Positions 1-15,539 of a DNA stretch of 64,000 bases are shown here, piece by piece (position 1 is the first letter of the stretch; every line of letters starts with the position of its first letter). This DNA comes from the human T2T-CHM13v2.0 reference genome, Homo sapiens. Location of the stretch: the NCBI RefSeq assembly GCF_009914755.1, contig NC_060927.1. One strand, written 5' to 3'. Below the pieces are notes generated by a model, which saw only the letters and a list, made by a program, of their open reading frames with translations, made no database searches and was not told where the DNA came from. Position numbers and translations under genes: made by a program.

Positions 1-706
1 GACATGCATTCTCAGCATTTCTCTTTTTGTGATGAAGTCTCCAAAGTCCCTGAAACTGTTTTGGTGAGCATCTTTTCTGAACCCTGGGATGCAGTTCACA
101 GAGGCTGGAGAATTGAATGAATTAATACTGATAGGTGGTCTCTTTAAAATTTCCTAACACTGGGAGGATTACAATTTTTCATGTCAATATTTGTTCTACG
201 GTGTTCAGTTTAAAGAGTGTAATATTTGTCACAGGTAAAGAAAATAGTAATTAGGGAATTCTCCATCCTTTCCAAAAGCGGAATCCTTTACCTCCTACTC
301 AAAAAGTTTCTTCTTTCTCTAACAGAACACGATTAATCTTTATGTTACTTTGTCATTTTGTAAGCCTCAATTCAGATGGAGTGACACACTTATACATCAA
401 ACTCTCATTTTCTAGGACAGTCATTCTTATTCTGAAGCCATTTGTGATAAAATATTATTACTTATTTCCAGTCAATTATATATTTTATAAAATATGATAA
501 GGTAAATTATTAGAAAATAATTGTGAGCTGGGAGATCACAGCCAGTTCAATTGCCATGAAGGGTTCTAAACAGTCTCCATTCCTGTACTCATTGTGGCAC
601 TGGTTCATGGATCACACTTTGAGTAAAAATGACAGGATACGCAGCTGTCTGACTACATCCTCCCTGGTTATAACAGACTCTAGAGTGTGCTTGCTTTTCA
701 TTGCCA

Positions 707-1013
707 CTTTTTGCTTGTTTGTTTGTTTTTGAGACAGGTTCTCACTCTGTTGCCCAGGCTGGAGTGCAGTTGTGCAACCACAGCTCACTGCTGCCTGGAC
801 CTCCCAGGCTCAAGTGATCCTCCTACCTCAGTCTCCTGAGTAGCTGGGACTACAGGTGCACACCACCACACCGGGCTTAATTTTTGTATTTTTTGTAGAG
901 AAATGGTTTCGCCATGTTTCCCAGGCTGGTCTGGAACTCCCGGGGTCAAGCAATTCTCCCTCCTTGGCCTTTTAAAGTGCTGGAATTACAGGCGTGAGCC
1001 CCTGCACCTGGCC
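707..1013 (-). mobile_element. AluJ, full length
   Basis: Dimeric Alu on the minus strand with J-type right arm (ctcccaggctcaagtgatcctcc); degenerate TSD ttcattgccacttt / ctcagtgtcacttt. Confidence 0.93.
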
Positions 1014-2234
1014 CTCAGTGTCACTTTCTTAAGAATATGTCTTTACTTTGAATAGAGATTCATTTAGTCACTTCTTTCATAATACAATTTTCATCAAGGT
1101 AATGAAGGTCTAGAGAATTTATCAGCTTTGTAAGTATTCAGAAATTTTAAACCACCATTAACACTGTGCTTGGCCTCCATTCTCTACTGTGATCTGTAAC
1201 CTATTTCTCTCCCCATTATTTAAGAACTAATGTTTGCTCCTAGAATTTGTAGTGTCTTTCCAACACATTTGTACTCTCTTTTCTGTGTGTGAGCAAACAC
1301 TCTGGTTATAACATCTTCTATCTAACGGATCTCTGTTTCTTTTAAAAAGTTGTGCTAACCTCACTCATCCCATTCCAATATTTAGCTTCATTCAACACTA
1401 TCTTGATAATGTATTTGAAATTAGATTTACTTCCCTACATTACATATACCACCCTGTGGTAAAGGTCAATGTAACAAAAGTGAACTCAAAGTTATGGTGT
1501 ATGTGTGTGTTTATTTATAGATTTACGTAAAGTTGAAAGAGAAAAAAGAAATATATTTTTAACTTCTTTCTGAACTTTTTAAAGTGTTATTTTTTTTAAT
1601 GTTTCATATTATCATGCTTGCTTTCCCCCTTTGAACAGCAAGCATGTACGATATGTGTGTTGTATTCTTTTTCTTCCTTAATCAATTGTTTTCTTGTTAA
1701 AGACAGGTATCCTCTTAAAAAACATGTTCTACCCCGCCATGAGATTTGAGCTACTCCTAGACTGATATATACCATGCTCCAAAAATTCTCCCTGCTCTTA
1801 CTGTTCACAAAGCCAACTGCTATATCTTCAGAGCTTTTTCTTGTTTCTAAAGCCCCAACCGTAGGCATACAGCCATTGATACTATGAAACTCCTGAGGTC
1901 TCCAATTATCTATTCAAGTTTTCAGGGAGAGCCCTTCCCCAGCTTTGTCTTGCAAGATGTAAAATGTATTTTTTCTCACACACAGTCCGTGACTACATAT
2001 CTTTAGTAAATTGTATCCTGTGTTTTATTTTGCCAGTAATGTGTCCTTTTGAATCAGTGTAAGTCAGTAGCATGTGAGACTGATGACTTTCAGCAGACCT
2101 CCCATCCCATAGTAGATATATTCTCTGGAAACACAGCCTGCGTTCTGACTATGTCTGCTAATATTTTTTAAATCATCTGGTATAATAGATGGTTGCCAAT
2201 GGACAAAAATAATTTCTGAATTAGGGCATGATAA

Positions 2235-2567
<333 letters not shown>

Positions 2568-3806
2568 TGTAAGCTATTTTTATATATAACCTGTGCAATA
2601 AACTTTTGCACAGTCATGCAATTATCATATATGGCACATATTTTCATCTATATAGTTAGTATATCTGTGTGTGTATATATATATATATTTATGTATAAAA
2701 TATTCAGAAGTTATATTTTTAATACTAAATAATGATACAATTCATACACTATATTTGTTTTTCTCCTCCAGCATGTTCAGCAGGGAGAATTTTAATTAAA
2801 CTGAATTTTCAGATTCTATTTTAATTGTACAGATGTCAATTTTTGTATTTAATGACTACAATTTACACACATTGCATAAACCTATGCCAAGTGGGAGTTT
2901 GTAAGTCTGGCATTTTTATGTAATCAAACATCAGAGACTTTTGACAGTGTTCATGACAAAGCCTTTAGAAAAATTTTCCATCCTGTACCATTCTGACAAA
3001 AATCATGACAATGTACTAATCCTGATATTTTAACAATTTCTAGATAGAAAATTAAAAGCTAATGTTGTCCAGTCTTTTGAAAGTTGATTTTGATTTAGAA
3101 TCTCTTCATCTTTGAAAAAAAGCCATCTTACTAGCTTGAGAAGGTTGACTTTGCTAACCTCAGCTATCTGCTGCTAGTGAACACCACCCATCTTGAAGGT
3201 CGCACACACAAAGAAAACTTTTGGTAAGTGTGCATTTTCATTTAAAATAAAAAAGATATGGTACTTGAAATTAAGAAAGATTTACGTAATCTATTCGATT
3301 ACAATAGGTGGCACATGTATATAAAGAGCTTAGTCAAAGGCTAAGTCTGTTTAGTGATATCAGGAAAGGGGCAGAGTATGCTAGTACTATCAAAGTATAC
3401 TTAGGAAGCTTTAGGGAGGAAACAGCACTTGAGGGCATTGAACTCAAACTTAATTTTATCCTGAATGATCAGACCTACAAATCTGCAAATCTATTCTATA
3501 CATTCGAGGACCCCAACATGTTGCTGATACTCATGTAATTCAGCATACTTCCAACTCAAGCTAGAATTCCCTGATAGAATGTTGACTTTCACTTTGGAGA
3601 TCATCTTTGGCAGCAGAATGATCATTTCGGTCTATATTTCTGGTTAAGCAAGTACAGGATATACCAAGCATCACTTTGTATTATGTTTGGCAGGGAATAC
3701 CATTAGCTGTGAAGAAAGACAGTCCTTAGAAGCAAGCACGCGCACACACATGCCCTTCTCTCACACTTTAAAGGTTCACTTAAAAGACCATATGTTCCTT
3801 TTTAAA

Positions 3807-3830
3807 TGTGTGTGTGTGTGTGTGTGTGTG
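3807..3830. repeat. (TG)n microsatellite
   Basis: About 12 TG units. Confidence 0.95.
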
Positions 3831-4849
3831 CCCACACAGGTGCACGTGTTACCATTTTACATTTAAAGGCCGGCATCCTCTGTTCCACCAGAGTAAGTCT
3901 CTACTCAAAAGTACTTTGGCTAGAGGGAATTTTAAAATTCCATATAGCTGTAGCCTTAACCTTGACTGTCTTTCATTCTCAAATATCTATGCAGTTACAT
4001 GTGCTGAGTGACTTACAACGAAACGAGAGAAAATTCAGTGACTTGACATTTACAAGTCCCAGATGATTCGTTTATTTATTCACCAGAGTAAATATTTAGG
4101 CAGCAGAATTAAATTGGAAAATGTTTATCAAGTTTCAAACCACCTTTCTTTCAATATATAAAACATAAACCCAGAGGCCTAAGCATAGGGAAGTGTACCT
4201 ACCAATGTGTCCTACAGAAAAGGACATATTTAGATGTCCCAATAGGTTTTCTTTACCCACTAGTTTGTTTTGAAAACTTCGCCAATATTTTAGGATAGTG
4301 CTATTGAAATAACACCTAATAAACCATAACTCACATGCAACTACACTTTGTTAATCATTTTATGTAATCTTACAACACGAGTAGTTCTCTGAATGTATTT
4401 TCTCACTCTATTTCAGTCCAAGGATCTACTCTAGTGGCCTCACCTGAATGGCATATATTTCTCGCATTACTTCTAACACTATGTCTGTCTATGTTTGCAC
4501 ACTTGGGAACAGATTAATTCAAAAACTCTCTGACCATAACCTGAAGAGAAACTTTAAAATGATGTCTCAGCATAAAAGCATGATGAAAATAAACAAGGGC
4601 ATGTTATTCTGGCTTATAACAACATTGTATGAATAAGCTAACTAAAGAATGTCATCTAAAAAAATAAAGTTTCCCATGGTTTTCAGAATGATTTTATTGT
4701 CATGAAAAAAGAACACAATTATGCAAATGACCTTTAAAATCCAAGAAGGTAGTGTTATCACATCATCATGATGAACAAAATCATTACAAACTTAGCCTTT
4801 GCAATAAAGTCAGAAAGTAAATAATCAGAATTTCCATGTACACATAAAA

Positions 4850-5623
4850 AATTATATATAGAACATCCTTTCAATCATTTTAAGTGTACAATACAGCAGC
4901 ATGAATTACATTCACAGTGTTGCTCAAGCATCAGCACTGTATCCAAATGTTTCCTTTACCTCAAGTTTCTTAATGGGCAGAAACTTTACCCATTAGGTAG
5001 TAACTCCCTATCCTCCACCACCTGAACCCTCTGCTAACCTCTAATCTACCTTCTGTCTTTACGAATTTGACTATTCTAGATATTTCATATAAGTGGAATC
5101 ATATAATATTTGCCATTTTGTGTCTGGATTGTTTCACTTAGAATAATGTTTTCAAGATTTATTCATATCATAGCATGCATCAGAACTTCATTTCTTTACT
5201 TGACGGAATAATATTCTATTATATGTGTACACCCCATGTTGTTTATCCACTCATGGCTTGAGTTGCTTCTGCCTCTTGGTTACTATGAATAATGCTGCAA
5301 GAAATGTGTGTACAAATACCTGCTTGAGCCCCTCTTTTCAGTTCTTTTGGGTATATATCTAGAAGTGGAATGACTGGGTCATATAATAATTCTATGTTGA
5401 TCTTTCTGAGGGGAACCACTAAATTGTTTTCCACGGTAACTATACCATTTTACATTCTCACGTGGGTTCCAATGTTTCCACATCCTTGCCAAAACTTGTT
5501 ATTTTCTGTGTTCTTTATTATAACCATCATAACAGGTGTGAAGTGTTATGCATTGTGGGTTTGATTTGCCTTTCCCTGATCATTAATGATATTAACCATC
5601 TTTTTATATTCTTACTGGCCAAC
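4850..5623 (-). mobile_element. Old L1 3' fragment (L1MB-like)
   Basis: Typical L1M 3' UTR/ORF2-end sequence; minus ORF 5243-5434 reads IELLYDPVIPLLDIYPKELK, homologous to the ORF2p C-terminus. Confidence 0.88.
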
Positions 5624-5755
5624 ATTCAGGAATATTCAATGCACTAAAATAGGACAATTATTTTCTGATGTCCTTATTTAACTGGAGTAAGAAATGTTTT
5701 AATGTCAGCCTGAAATATTAGAATACAAACATAGATTTAGAAAATACACTAACTT

Positions 5756-5900
5756 CACAAAAATTAGCCAGGCATGGTGGTGGGTGCCTGTAATCCCAGC
5801 TATTCAGGAGGCTGAAGCAGGAGAATCCCTTGAACCCGGGAGGCGGAGACAGGTGTTGCAGTGAGACTCCGTCAAAAAAAAAAAAAAAAAGAAAGAAAGA
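5756..5900 (+). mobile_element. 5'-truncated Alu (right arm only) with internal deletion
   Basis: Starts at the linker acaaaaattagccaggc, ends in poly-A; degenerate TSD agaaaatacactaacttc / agaaacacatttacttc. Confidence 0.9.
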
Positions 5901-6261
5901 AACACATTTACTTCCATCTTAAATACATTTTAAAATGTTTCTTACTCAGTGGAATGTGGCCTTAACCCACAAATGTGTACATTTCCACCAAGAATTTTAG
6001 ATACATCCTTGAACAACAACAATAAAAAAGCTCCCTTCTCACCACTGTCTCTACTTTACGCCCTCCAGACTTAAATGTTCAGTAACAGTGGTAATCATGA
6101 AAATCGCAGAAATTTTATTTGTGAACTGCTTCTTCCCTCTGGATATTAATACACTACTTGAGATCAAAAGTAAATGCAGAAATTAAATATGCATTAGATA
6201 TTTATTTTACTACAGAGATTTAAATTGCCTTTAGATTAAAATATGTTAGTAAGCTAATCTG

Positions 6262-6635
<374 letters not shown>

Positions 6636-6706
6636 TTATAGTTAGAAGGAAGGACATGGCAGAGAGAGAGAGATGAAGATAGATGTGCACCTGCTATGCT
6701 CTAGGC

Positions 6707-6875
6707 CACTGTTTCCCAAACTTGCCTCATAAATATCCTGTAGAACATTTGTTAAAAATACAAATCCCAGGGCCCAACCTCAGAACCACTGAATCAAAAT
6801 CCCCAGAGGAACACCAACAAATTTGCATTTTTGGCAAGCACAGCAGAAGATTCTTATGATTAGTTTGGGGGACTG
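6707..6875. mobile_element. MER5-family hAT-Charlie MITE
   Basis: cactgtttcccaaactt...cttgttaaaaatacaaatcccagggcccaacc-like...actgaatcaaaatc layout of MER5. Confidence 0.65.
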
Positions 6876-7536
6876 AGGAAGGTTGTGAGGTGCTTGTCTA
6901 AACTCATCTAATAACTAAATGTATACAATTCCTATGTCACTGATTTGAAAACCAAGGCTCTGAAAGATTATTATGCCGTGAAAAATAGATTCTAGGCTTT
7001 TGTTTCAAATCTTACGTTTAGGCACATCTTTGTTTAATACCTAAGTTTAAATACACCACTTCCTTGTAAAATGTTGATATTACTGTGAAGAAAGTATTAA
7101 AATATTTGTCTGTTGCTGTGTTCTTTTTGTTTGTTTCTAGTACCAAAATAATAATTTATTTCTACTAGATAAATGGCTGAATCGTTTATCTGTACTGTGG
7201 TTTTGATTGATTATATCCATTTGCTTCCAATAGTCTCTTGTTAACAAAGAAAAGTCAATTTAATTCTGTTACATATTCTTTTTCTGTGACTGTCATTCCC
7301 TGTTATGCCACAGTTCTGTAAACATTATGTTTCCAATTTTAAAAGAAATTAAATAGGAGAATACCTATTAGATATTTTGCTAGGACTTGGAATATTTCTT
7401 TAGCATTTAGATTGACGCTATCTTACAGTGCTCCCAACTACTTCACAAACATTCAATAGTATTAATAGCTAATGTATGCAGATATCTACTGTCTCTGATA
7501 GAATCAACTATTTTGGTTACAAAAGTAATACAATTA

Positions 7537-7840
<304 letters not shown>

Positions 7841-8764
7841 TTAACTCTAGATGAATTTGAAATGAGCCTGAGGATGCTGTGTTCATGACCACGGATGAGA
7901 TGGAAGGGGGACTATTTGCGTGAAAGTTCTCTGAGGGGTACTGAACCCCAGTGAAAGAGTCCTTTCCTCTTTTGATTTCTCCTCGCTTTCTACTTTCTGT
8001 CTTCCTTCCTGGGAACCTTCCTTCAAATGTCTGATTATGGGCGAAATATGGCTCTTTCAAACATGAAAAGACAAAAGAATAACTATTACTTTCTATATTT
8101 CCAAGGTGAAATAAATATTCCAGACTAAGAGCTGCCTCGTTTCATTGCTGCGACCATTGCAAGCTAAGGTCTTCAGAGCCACTTCACTTATTTGCCTTCT
8201 CAGCCTTCTCATCTGCTCAGAGGTGGCCTGAGGTTCTGAATTACAGTCTGTTTTCTAAGCATTTACCTCCTCCTCCCCATATTTAAACAAATCTAAATTT
8301 CCAGAGGGGAAAAAATGAAATAAAAACAGAACAGCCCCTGTTCAGAACACAGTTTGTGATTTTTATCTGTCTGCTCTTCCTCTCCTCAGCTCATGCTTTG
8401 GCATCAAATTGCACTGAATGTACACATTTAAAATCCCCAATTGCAATGATGTAACTTTGCTGCAGTAATTCACTCTGTAGTGATTTTGTACTAGTCTCCT
8501 ATCTCTAGCTTGTGGACTTACATTGCTTGTGAATTCCCAACATCTCAGAGTTTTTTAAGATGGACATATTTTACTACAACCTTCTGAAGTTGCATTTTGT
8601 CACAACCTTACCAGGAGGCAATTGCCACTCTCTGGCTTATGCAGTGAGAATGATTTTTAAAGCTGTGTTTTCCATTTCTATCCAGTTAGCGTCATAATAC
8701 AGTGGTCAGGTTTTGTCCACATGGTCACTTGATGAAGTTTAAATATAAAGCCAATGCGAGAGGC

Positions 8765-8795
<31 letters not shown>

Positions 8796-8796
8796 C
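8765..8796. repeat. (CAAAA)n repeat
   Basis: About 6 units. Confidence 0.9.
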
Positions 8797-11108
8797 ATCC
8801 TTTTTGTCCATCGTGTATTCACATATGTTTTGCAGAAATAGCTGTGGATAAGATGCTTACATTTTTGCTACCTTTTCAATTATTGACGTAATTGATACTC
8901 TCTCTTTCTTTAATACAAATTTCTCCCCACCACTTCTCCTAGGTCAGATTTTACAGTTATCTCCATAGCAACATTCACAGCTAATAGGAAGATACATCTT
9001 CTGAATGGCTAGCAATACAACATTAACTGTTAGAACACAACATTTTTCATGTTGGAAACATCTGGAATTCACAACCAGCCAAGATGTATAAAAATGTCTG
9101 TGACTCCTTACAAGTCACCCAAGGCTGAGCTTGCTTGCTTTATTAGAATTCATTTACAAACAACTCTTATTAACCAGCTATGTAGCATAATAAAACTAAG
9201 CATTATGTCAACATCAAAAAAACAAAGTTTAATTTACAAGTGAAGTTGCTTATAAAGGTTCAAATCGCCCTTTGTGGAAAAGAGTTTATGGTAGATTTGG
9301 GCCATATTACCAACCTATTACTAGTGCACTAACATCTCTATTTACTGGCTGATTATATCCTCTGGCAAAATTCGGAACTGTCTACTACTTTGGTGCAAAC
9401 TAATCAGTTTTCAAAATTAGTTATTGATCTCAGACCCATTGTAGAGGGCCAATTTAGTGGCTGCTTCATTGAGTACTGAAGTGACACCATTTGTGTGAGT
9501 AGCAGAGGAATCAGAGCAAATACAGTGTTCAAAGACATTTCTCAAAGGTAGTTTTTTATTGCAGGGAATTTACAAATACACATTTTCAAGGATGCTAAGT
9601 CTCTCTCATTACAGATTAATGATACGAGTGCATCCCAGCCAGTCACATGAACTTACACTTTTTTATGTATACATTTGTTACTCATATCCTAGATTTAAAT
9701 AAGTAGTAATTTGGAAATCATAAAAAACCTTAAGGAAAATATTGCCCTCTGTTTCTTCAAACTCAATTCTTTATTTGAATTATTTGAAGTTGACTAAAGG
9801 GAGTTGTTAGCTTGTAAGAATAAAGTCATTATTCACTCTTAAGCATATGAAAAAATATGACAGAAAAAGTAAACCAGAAATTGAATTCAAAATATTCTGG
9901 TGCCTAAATTTCACTTCACATTTCTCATAATTTATCCATCTTTTTTTTTATTTTACTGATTTTTATATATTTTTCTTGAAAATACTTTCTTAATGGCTTG
10001 TATTCTATGTTTGGTTTCAAAAACTGTCAGGAAGAATTGAGATTTGATATATTTTCTGAGTATCTCAGAAAAACAAAATTAAACATGAAAATTAGTCAAA
10101 AATTGTTTTTGACATTTCTCATCAATTTGACACTCTTAGGACAAAAACCTTAGAGGTTAAGATGCAAAATCTTCACACAAAATCCCAAATAAGATTTGTG
10201 TAGATTTAGCTATAGTTATTTTTAAACATAAACCCCTGATAGACAAGACAAGAATTGACAACCACATAGTGACCAGAGCTCAATATTCAGAAGAAAGTTA
10301 GAGGTGCTATAATTAAAATGTCTTTTTATATTTCCTATTGCTATGGGTTGTTGATTATTTTCTAATGACCTTGTCTTTCAACAGTACACTGATTATTTTT
10401 TTCCTTCTCTTTAAAAATGTATGTGCATATATCTGTATCTATATATATAGCATGTAAATTAACCTTCAATAAATGCTTTAATTTAAAATGTAATTAAAAT
10501 GTCCACATTATGTTTCATTTTTAAAGTCTCTAGTTCCAAAAGGTAAGACTATTATAAGTGAGAAAAGAAAAAAAGAAAGGCATTTTTATATATACTTGGA
10601 GGTGAAACCTCACACCAAACTGAAGTCAACCTTATTTAACGTTCTTGTGAATTTAGAATGTGTGAATAGCTCTCTAAGATGTAAAAGTGACACATACTCT
10701 ATTTTATGCATTGTCACAAAATTCCATAATGTAAGAAATTTACTTATTTTCTGAATAATTATATATGAATGCCCAAAAATAAACCACTGTAGCACTATTT
10801 GCTCTGTAAAAATATGAAATAATAGCATAATTGTGGGAGCAAGGAAAGTAACAAAGAATACAATATTAAATGTAGACTTATTCAGACCTCCATATTACTA
10901 AAATCAAACTCCTTCTATATGATAAAATGTAAATCACTGAATAGACAAGCAGTGGTTTCTCTAAGACAGCAATTTGTGTATCCAGTGGTATTATTGAATG
11001 TAAAGTCTTTTATATAAGCACAGTTAATAAATGTGGGAACACTCAATAAGATTTCAATTTGGACCAAAGTTGGGGCCCATTTTCAATCAGATAATTTTTG
11101 AAGGGACA

Positions 11109-11265
11109 TAGTTTTTTAACCCTGGCAAATCATCAGAATCTGCCATAAGGTTTGTTGAAAGACAGACCCTGCTCAATCAGAATTTCCATGGATAGTTCAG
11201 ATCATTTACATTTGCTATGCTAATGTGCCACAGAGAAAAAAAAAAAAAAAAAAAAACACTAGTTT
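11109..11265. mobile_element. Degenerate MER5A-like MITE containing an ~A21 run
   Basis: ttttaaccctggc...atcagaatc...aatcagaattt...gctaatgtgc...aacacta. Confidence 0.45.
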
Positions 11266-11544
11266 AGATTTCTTAGCACCTCAAAGGAAAATGTAAAAAA
11301 AAAAAATCCAATATATAATAGGTAAAATGTTATGCACATCGAAAATTTTCATTTTTTTTTCAGAGAGGGTTCACAGAACTTTTTGTCACACCTACTACTT
11401 TTTGTGGATCTAAGATATCACTATCTAAGCCTGTCAACCATAAGCTTACAAATTAACAAAGCACGCTCATGTGTTTCTCCCCACATTAATCTAGAAGGTC
11501 AATATGATAATTGTTCCCAGTTTGTTTCAGGGTGGTTAAGTGGA

Positions 11545-11720
11545 AGTGAACACACAGTGGAAAGAACGTGAGCTATAGATCACACAGACCAGAGTTTGAA
11601 CCCAGCTTCACCACGTTCTAGTTACATGGCTTGGGTTATTACACTTTCAGAGCCTCAGGTTTCTCATGTAAAAAACAGAACAAACTATTCCCTCCTGCTA
11701 AGCTTAAGGTGTACATAACT
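11545..11720 (+). mobile_element. MIR
   Basis: agaccagagtttgaacccagcttcacca...ttcagagcctcaggtttctcatgtaaaa core. Confidence 0.75.
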
Positions 11721-11906
11721 TAAGTTTCCATAGTCCTCACAAGGCAATCAGTACAAATATACAATTAATTTTATGTAACCTACGGGTCCTTTTTTTATTG
11801 GTATTAATGAAATTCAGTTCATGCTATATTTTTCTGAGTTGTATAGATGTGATAATTCAGCGATTCATTCTTTGTCAACATAACTCGATTTAAAATGTGA
11901 AATACG

Positions 11907-12041
11907 CCTGGTGAGATGGCTCACACCTGTGATCCCAATGCTTTGGGAGGCCAAGGCAAGCAGACCACTTGAGGCCAGGATTTCAAGGCTAGAGTGGTCA
12001 ACATAGCAACACCTTAACTCTACAAACAATTTTAAAAGATT
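11907..12041 (+). mobile_element. AluJ left arm (host of nested insertions)
   Basis: cacttgaggccaggatttcaag...caacatagcaacacc; ends in an A-rich linker. Confidence 0.85.
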
Positions 12042-12343
12042 GCCAGGCACGGTGGCTCACACCTGTAATCTCAGCACTTTGGGAGTCCAAGACGGGTGAA
12101 TTACGTGAGGTCAGGAGTTCAAGACCAGACTGGCCAACATGCCACAACCCTGTCTCTACTAGAAATACAAAAATTAGCTGGGTGTGGTGGCAGGTGCCTG
12201 TAATCCAAGCTACTTGGGAGGCTGAGGCAGGAGAATTGCTTGAACACAGGAGGTAGAGGTTGCAGTGAGCTGAGATCATACATTGCACTCCAGCCTTGGC
12301 AACAGAGCGAGATTCCATTAAAAAAACAAACAAACAAACAAAA
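12042..12343 (+). mobile_element. AluSx-like, nested
   Basis: Full dimer with (CAAA)n tail. Confidence 0.93.
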
Positions 12344-12346
12344 CCA

Positions 12347-12647
<301 letters not shown>

Positions 12648-12812
12648 GCTAGGCATGGTGACATGCACCTGTGGTACCAACTCTTCAGGAGACTGAGGCA
12701 GGAGGATCACTTGAGGCCAAGAGTTCGAGGCTGCAGTGACTATGATCGTGCCACTGCATCCCAGCCTGGGTGACAGAGCAAGACCTTGTCTAAAAAATAA
12801 ATCAATAAATAA
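12648..12812 (+). mobile_element. AluJ right arm (continuation of 11907-12041)
   Basis: gctaggcatggtg...ggaggatcacttgaggccaagagttcgaggctgcagtgactatgatcg, J-type. Confidence 0.87.
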
Positions 12813-13824
12813 TTTTTTAAAGTAAAATGCATTCTCTAGTCCTATTGCTGTCCACAGTCTCTGACTTCTGCAAGGTTCAATCTGTTCTACTTTGTTCTTT
12901 AGTCTCCTCAACAACGGTGTCATTAATGTTAAAAATGAGTTTTTAAAATGATTTACTTTTTAATCTAGTAGGAATTACTGTTACAAACCTAGTTCCTAGT
13001 GTCGTGTCTAACAGAGTAACTCTAAATAAATGTAAGTCAAAATGAAGGTGGGAACAAATGGAAAAAAAGGAAGAAAAGTTTGTTTAAAATATTAATCTCT
13101 GGAAATTGGAGTTAAAACACAATGTTCTGGTCCCTTTAATAAAGATTATTTTTGTATATTATCTAAAATGTATATTCTCAGCTAAGTGATCATAAATTAT
13201 GTAAATAGCAGGATTATATGACCATGGTTATTAGGATCAATTTTCTTCATTTATATATTTTGTCTTCAAAATATTTTGCTTTAATCACTTTCAAATTTCT
13301 AGCTAGCTATTTTAAAGAGTTCTGATAGAAAATAATACAGAAATAATTTTAAATGAAAATCTTAGAAAGCATGCAGAACTACAATTGTGCACTTTAAAAT
13401 TATGCTTATACCATGAGGGGAACTTAGCACTAATGAAGTTCCATGATTTTATAGAGTGATTCTAAAGAAAGAAGTAAAATTTTATGGAATACATGCTTCT
13501 TCTCTAGAACTGTTTCTATTCAGATATTTCACAGAAAATTTGGTCAATTATATCATTTGACTTTTTATCTCTATTCCCATATTAGCTCTGTGTAAACTTT
13601 TACAGACAGTAAAGCAGTGATTTTATAATAAAAGCGATAAAATTGCCTGAGTAACTTTCTTCTACCCATATTTGTTTACCTTTGTTTATCCAAGTAGCCC
13701 ACAGAAGGAAAGCTTATAAATCAAAAAGACCTAAATTATTAGAGTGCTACAAAATTTATAAAGGTATATGTAGATTTTAAACTGGCAAACTAAAGTTTTG
13801 AGCTGAAATTCTATGAGGAACTGC

Positions 13825-13905
13825 AAAAAAAAAAAAAAAGAAAAAAAAGAAAAAAGAAATAAAAAGAAAAAGAAAAAGAAAATGAAAAAGAAAAGAAAGG
13901 AAAGC
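13825..13905. repeat. A-rich low-complexity tract
   Basis: Poly-A / (GAAAAA)n. Confidence 0.9.
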
Positions 13906-14314
13906 CAAAAGGGGTTTAGTTTCTGTCCCAGTTATTTTTTTCTGTTCCTGTCTCCAGGACCAAATGAACTCAAGGCTAATTACAGAGACAAAATACTAGT
14001 CACTTCTCTCAGAGTGAAAAGAAAAGAACAGAAAATGTGATTTAAAGCTCAACTTTAAGCGTGAATAACAGATTAGAGAATGTGCCATAAAGGAACTCGT
14101 TAAACAGTGAAGTATGACATTTTGGACGGTTCTGAATATTCTTTGGAAATTTTGAGAATCCAAGTTTTTTTCTCATATGTGTGATTATTAAAGGGAAAAA
14201 TGTGGATAGTACTGGGATTGGAATCACATAGGTTTTAATTCATATTAAGGTTTAAATGATGAGTCTAATTATTTGATCACCTTTTGGGTATCATCTAGTT
14301 CTTAATATACTCCT

Positions 14315-14593
<279 letters not shown>

Positions 14594-15539
14594 AATATAC
14601 TCCTAATATATCATCTGCATTGCCTAAGTTGTTAGCGAAGTAAAATAATAAAGTTTGATTCAACAACTGATATAGGTCATTCCATCTCTTCGATTGTGTT
14701 ATTCCTGACTTTACATTCCTAGTATTTATTCTACACTATAATAGCATAGGTTCTAGTATTCCCAAAGGTTTTTGGTGCTCTAGGCAGAACTGCACTGGTT
14801 ACCACCTAAACTCATGAGCAGCAAGTGGTCCAAACTTACTACTTTTAGTAATTCATAGTCTGAATAATAAACTAGAAATCAACTAGTTATTAGCTTGCCT
14901 CTTCAATGACTGAAAAACATTTTCATGAACAATGTTGTAAGTAACAAGTATGAGGATGCCACATCTAAACATTTTTGTTTCTTCAACTGGATTTTGAGCT
15001 CCTTTCTTTTGGTATCTTCAAAAGTGCTTCTCTTGCTGAACACAACTCAAGTGCTACAAGTAGATACAAGAGTAGGTGGACATCATCAATGTGTCAGCAA
15101 AAGGCTTGAGCTGACAATGTCCTTAGATAAGAGTGGTAGAAGAGAAATGGAAAGGAGAATCTGCTGCTAATTAGGCTAAAGCCGCTCATCTTCTGCATGA
15201 TAGCTGGAGGTCTCCCTCAGACTCACTGCCAGGCAAATCCAGATATCACAACTTGGATATCTCTGCTGTGGACGGAGAGGAGCTGTGCTTTCGCAAGCTG
15301 ACCTCTGGAACTGAAATAGGAATGTGGATGTGTAAAGCTACACTCAGGAAATTGGTAGTCTCTGCCTTTCTGACTCTTCCTGCCTTAGCATGTTACTTGG
15401 TTCCATAAATGTCTGCAAATGCTTCAGCTCTTATTCCCCAATTGTTGCATACATAGCTGCCCCTGACTAAACAGCAGAACCAGTTCCCTACTGAAGGGAA
15501 ATTGCGTGTACCTATGCTTGTGCCAGACCAAAGATTGGA

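Noticed and set aside
10052-10113. Two small hairpins (9-bp and 8-bp stems)
   Set aside because: Short AT-rich stems are expected by chance and are too short for a pre-miRNA
13813-14040. Lysine-rich 75-aa ORF resembling an NLS peptide
   Set aside because: Translation of an A-rich low-complexity tract
15246-15310. Minus-strand frame ending PEVSLRKHSSSPSTAEISKL-stop (peroxisomal SKL signal)
   Set aside because: No upstream coding exon or known protein match; a tripeptide before a stop is easily chance
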